In this document: positions 61,601 to 64,000 of the stretch, one piece after another
Layout: each line of letters starts with the position of its first letter
Numbering within the stretch: position 1 is the first letter of the stretch
NCBI GenBank assembly: GCA_043228905.1
Contig: JBHGNT010000017.1
Coordinates: forward strand, 13,268,001-13,332,000
Length of the DNA stretch: 64,000 nucleotides
Direction: 5' to 3'
From: Azolla caroliniana
Lineage: Eukaryota > Plantae > Polypodiophyta
Made by a program: the position numbers and the translations under genes
Notes under the pieces: generated by a model
Seen by the model: only the letters and a program-made list of their open reading frames with translations
Told to the model about the DNA's origin: nothing
The model's database searches: none

Positions 61601-64000
61601 AAGTCCGATCACGACCCGACTGAGCGAACCACAAGAGCCTTTGAGCAATCAAAGCACATCTTGACCAAGTCCAAAGTTGGACAAAGGGAAGGCTCCAAAA
61701 TGCCGGAGTATTAAGATGCTCATTTTGATGGCAACGAATCGACTCACTCCCTCGATAGTGAGTTCGAATGCCTTGACATCTAGACAAATGGAGTGAAGAA
61801 AGCCTTAGAATCCGCAAACGGGAAGCTACGCCGATCCACCCGTGAAAAGAACCCCGTAAGCCGCTTTGGCTACGATGAGTATATGGCATACCATTACGCC
61901 TTTATGATGAAGGTTGCAACAGTATGGGAGCCGGAAACCTTTTCCAAAGCCGTGAAGGACCTGCGATGGATCGAAGCAATGAACAAGGAGATGCAGGCAC
62001 TACGCATGAATGACACATGGGATATCGTTCCCCACTCACCGCACAGGAAGGCGATCGGAAGTAGATGGATCTACAAGGTGAAGTATAATGCTGATGACTC
62101 CTTCAACCACTACAAAGCTCGACTCGTAGCGAAAGGATACACACAAACACATGGAGTTGACTATGAAGAGACCTTTGCCTTGGTGGCAAAGATGACAACG
62201 GTGTGGACCGTGATCGCACTTGTAGCGGCAAAAGGGTGGCACCTCCACCAAATGGACGTCAAGAACGGCTTTCTTCAAGGCGAATTAGACGAGGAGGTGT
62301 ACATGGTACAACCACTCGACTTCGAATCGCGCATTTATCCAAAAGCCGTATGCCAACTCAAGAAGCCACTCTACGGCCTCAAGCAAGCACCGCGTGCTTG
62401 GCATTCGAAGATTACACAATATCTTCATCAAATCGGCTTTCGAATGTCGAAATCCGACAACTCCCTCTACGTACGACACAACTCTAGAAGCTTAATTGTC
62501 ATCATCCTATACATGGATGATCTGGTGATTGGAGGTGAAAGTCTAGTCGACATCAACAAGGTCAAGTCCCTCCTCTCCGGAAAATTCGAGATAACGGACA
62601 TGAAGGAGCTCCATTACTTCCTTGGCATCGAAGTAATTCGGATTCCGACCGGCATTATGATCTCTCAACGGCACTACATCCTCAACTCGTTATACAAGTT
62701 CGGGATGACGGAGTGCAAATAGGTTGCTACGCCTCTCGATCGAAACCTCAAACTAGTTGATGACTCCGACACAGATGAGTGCGAACCGACCCAATATCGT
62801 CAACTGATCGGGAGCCTCATCTATCTCACGATCACTCGACCCGACCCTAGCTATCCAGTCGGACTCCTTAGCCAATTCATGCAAACTCCGCGAGATATCC
62901 ATTTTGATTGCGCTAAGCGAGTATTATGATACGTAAGCGGCACAATGGATTATGACGTTCTCTACGCATCGACCACACCAATACGACTCGAAGGGTACAC
63001 AGACGTGGACTCGGTAGGCTACAAAGCCGATCGACGATCAACCTCCGGATTTGTCTTCTCGCTCGGTAGCGGAGCAATATCTTGGAGTAGTAAGAAGGAA
63101 CCTACCGTCGCACTTTCAAGTACGGAGGCCAAATACAAGGGTGCAACCGTAGCTGCATGTGAAGCCGTATGGCTCAAGAGGATTTTGAAGGATCTGGGTG
63201 TCCCCATCAAGGATCCGACTCCCATTTACTGCGACAACATGAGTAGTATATATCTGGCTCGGAACCTGGTGTTCCACGCACACACAAAGCATATCGAAGT
63301 ACACTATCACTTCTTTCGAGAGCGCGTACATGCCGGAGATGTCGACCTTCAACACATCAACACGAATCTTCAGATGACCGACATCTTCACCAAAGCCTTA
63401 GGAGCTGACAAGCTTCGACAATTCATGTTAGACCTTGGATTGACGATCCCTGACTTGCCAAGCTTGAGGGGGAGTACAAGCGAGAATCAGATACCGTCCG
63501 AACCAGGTACGAGCCGAAGCGGACACCGGAGATCGTTCGAACCGGATACCAACTGAAGCGGACATCAATCGAAAGGAACCAACCCGAGTTGAGCTTGAGG
63601 GGGTGTGTTGAGAATCAAGCTCAACATAGCACAACGTGTGAACACACCTTTTGAGAATCTATGATTACTCAAAGGTCAAGAGTCACACCACTACTCTCTA
63701 CACATTAACTATGTGTCATAGAATCATATTCTATGACACATAACTAATGAGTTACATATTCCCCATGACTGTGAGTCTTCACATTCCCCAAGAGAGAGAG
63801 TGGTTGTTGTAAGTTAATGAAGAGAGAGGGTGACTCTATATAAAGCACCCTCCTCATACTTCATACTAAGTTGGTTGTGATTCCTTGTAATGCTACATTT
63901 TCATTTATCATATTGTCCTTGTTAATATACATATCCTTCTTCTTGAGTACTTCATTTTTGTCTCTTATCCATCTTGTGTTTCTCTCCTCTCCTCTTTCCT
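58606..64000 (+). mobile_element. Near full-length Ty1/Copia retrotransposon, degenerate; 3' LTR runs off the window
   Basis: 5' LTR 58606-59064; PBS TGGTATCAAAGC; gag, protease (WFVDSGAS), integrase, RT (YMDDL), RNase H; PPT; 3' LTR from 63606. Many stops and frameshifts. Confidence 0.95.

Overview
Eukaryotic, repeat-rich plant nuclear DNA. Spliceosomal introns, plant-type genes and the Copia/Gypsy family style suggest a seed-free land plant such as a fern; this is inference only. There are two apparently intact host genes: a SelH/Rdx-family thioredoxin-like gene (minus strand, 23099-25541) and a plant cysteine oxidase (PCO; plus strand, 50158-53842). The rest is nested transposons: Gypsy, Copia, LINEs, a hAT-type MITE and solo LTRs. 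The standout is an ~8.9-kb TIR DNA transposon (4089-13033; 36-bp TIRs, CAAG duplication). It carries a Sola-like DDD transposase and, divergently, a six-exon gene encoding a ParB-like domain fused to a prokaryote-type beta-class amino (N4-C/N6-A) DNA methyltransferase. This copy is inactivated by C-to-T-type stop codons. Other notable signals: a very young gag-only LTR element whose LTRs contain a tRNA-like Pol III cassette, and a PCO that may itself start Met-Cys and has an HRPE-consensus motif upstream. All domain calls come from motif recognition by eye; no database searches were run.
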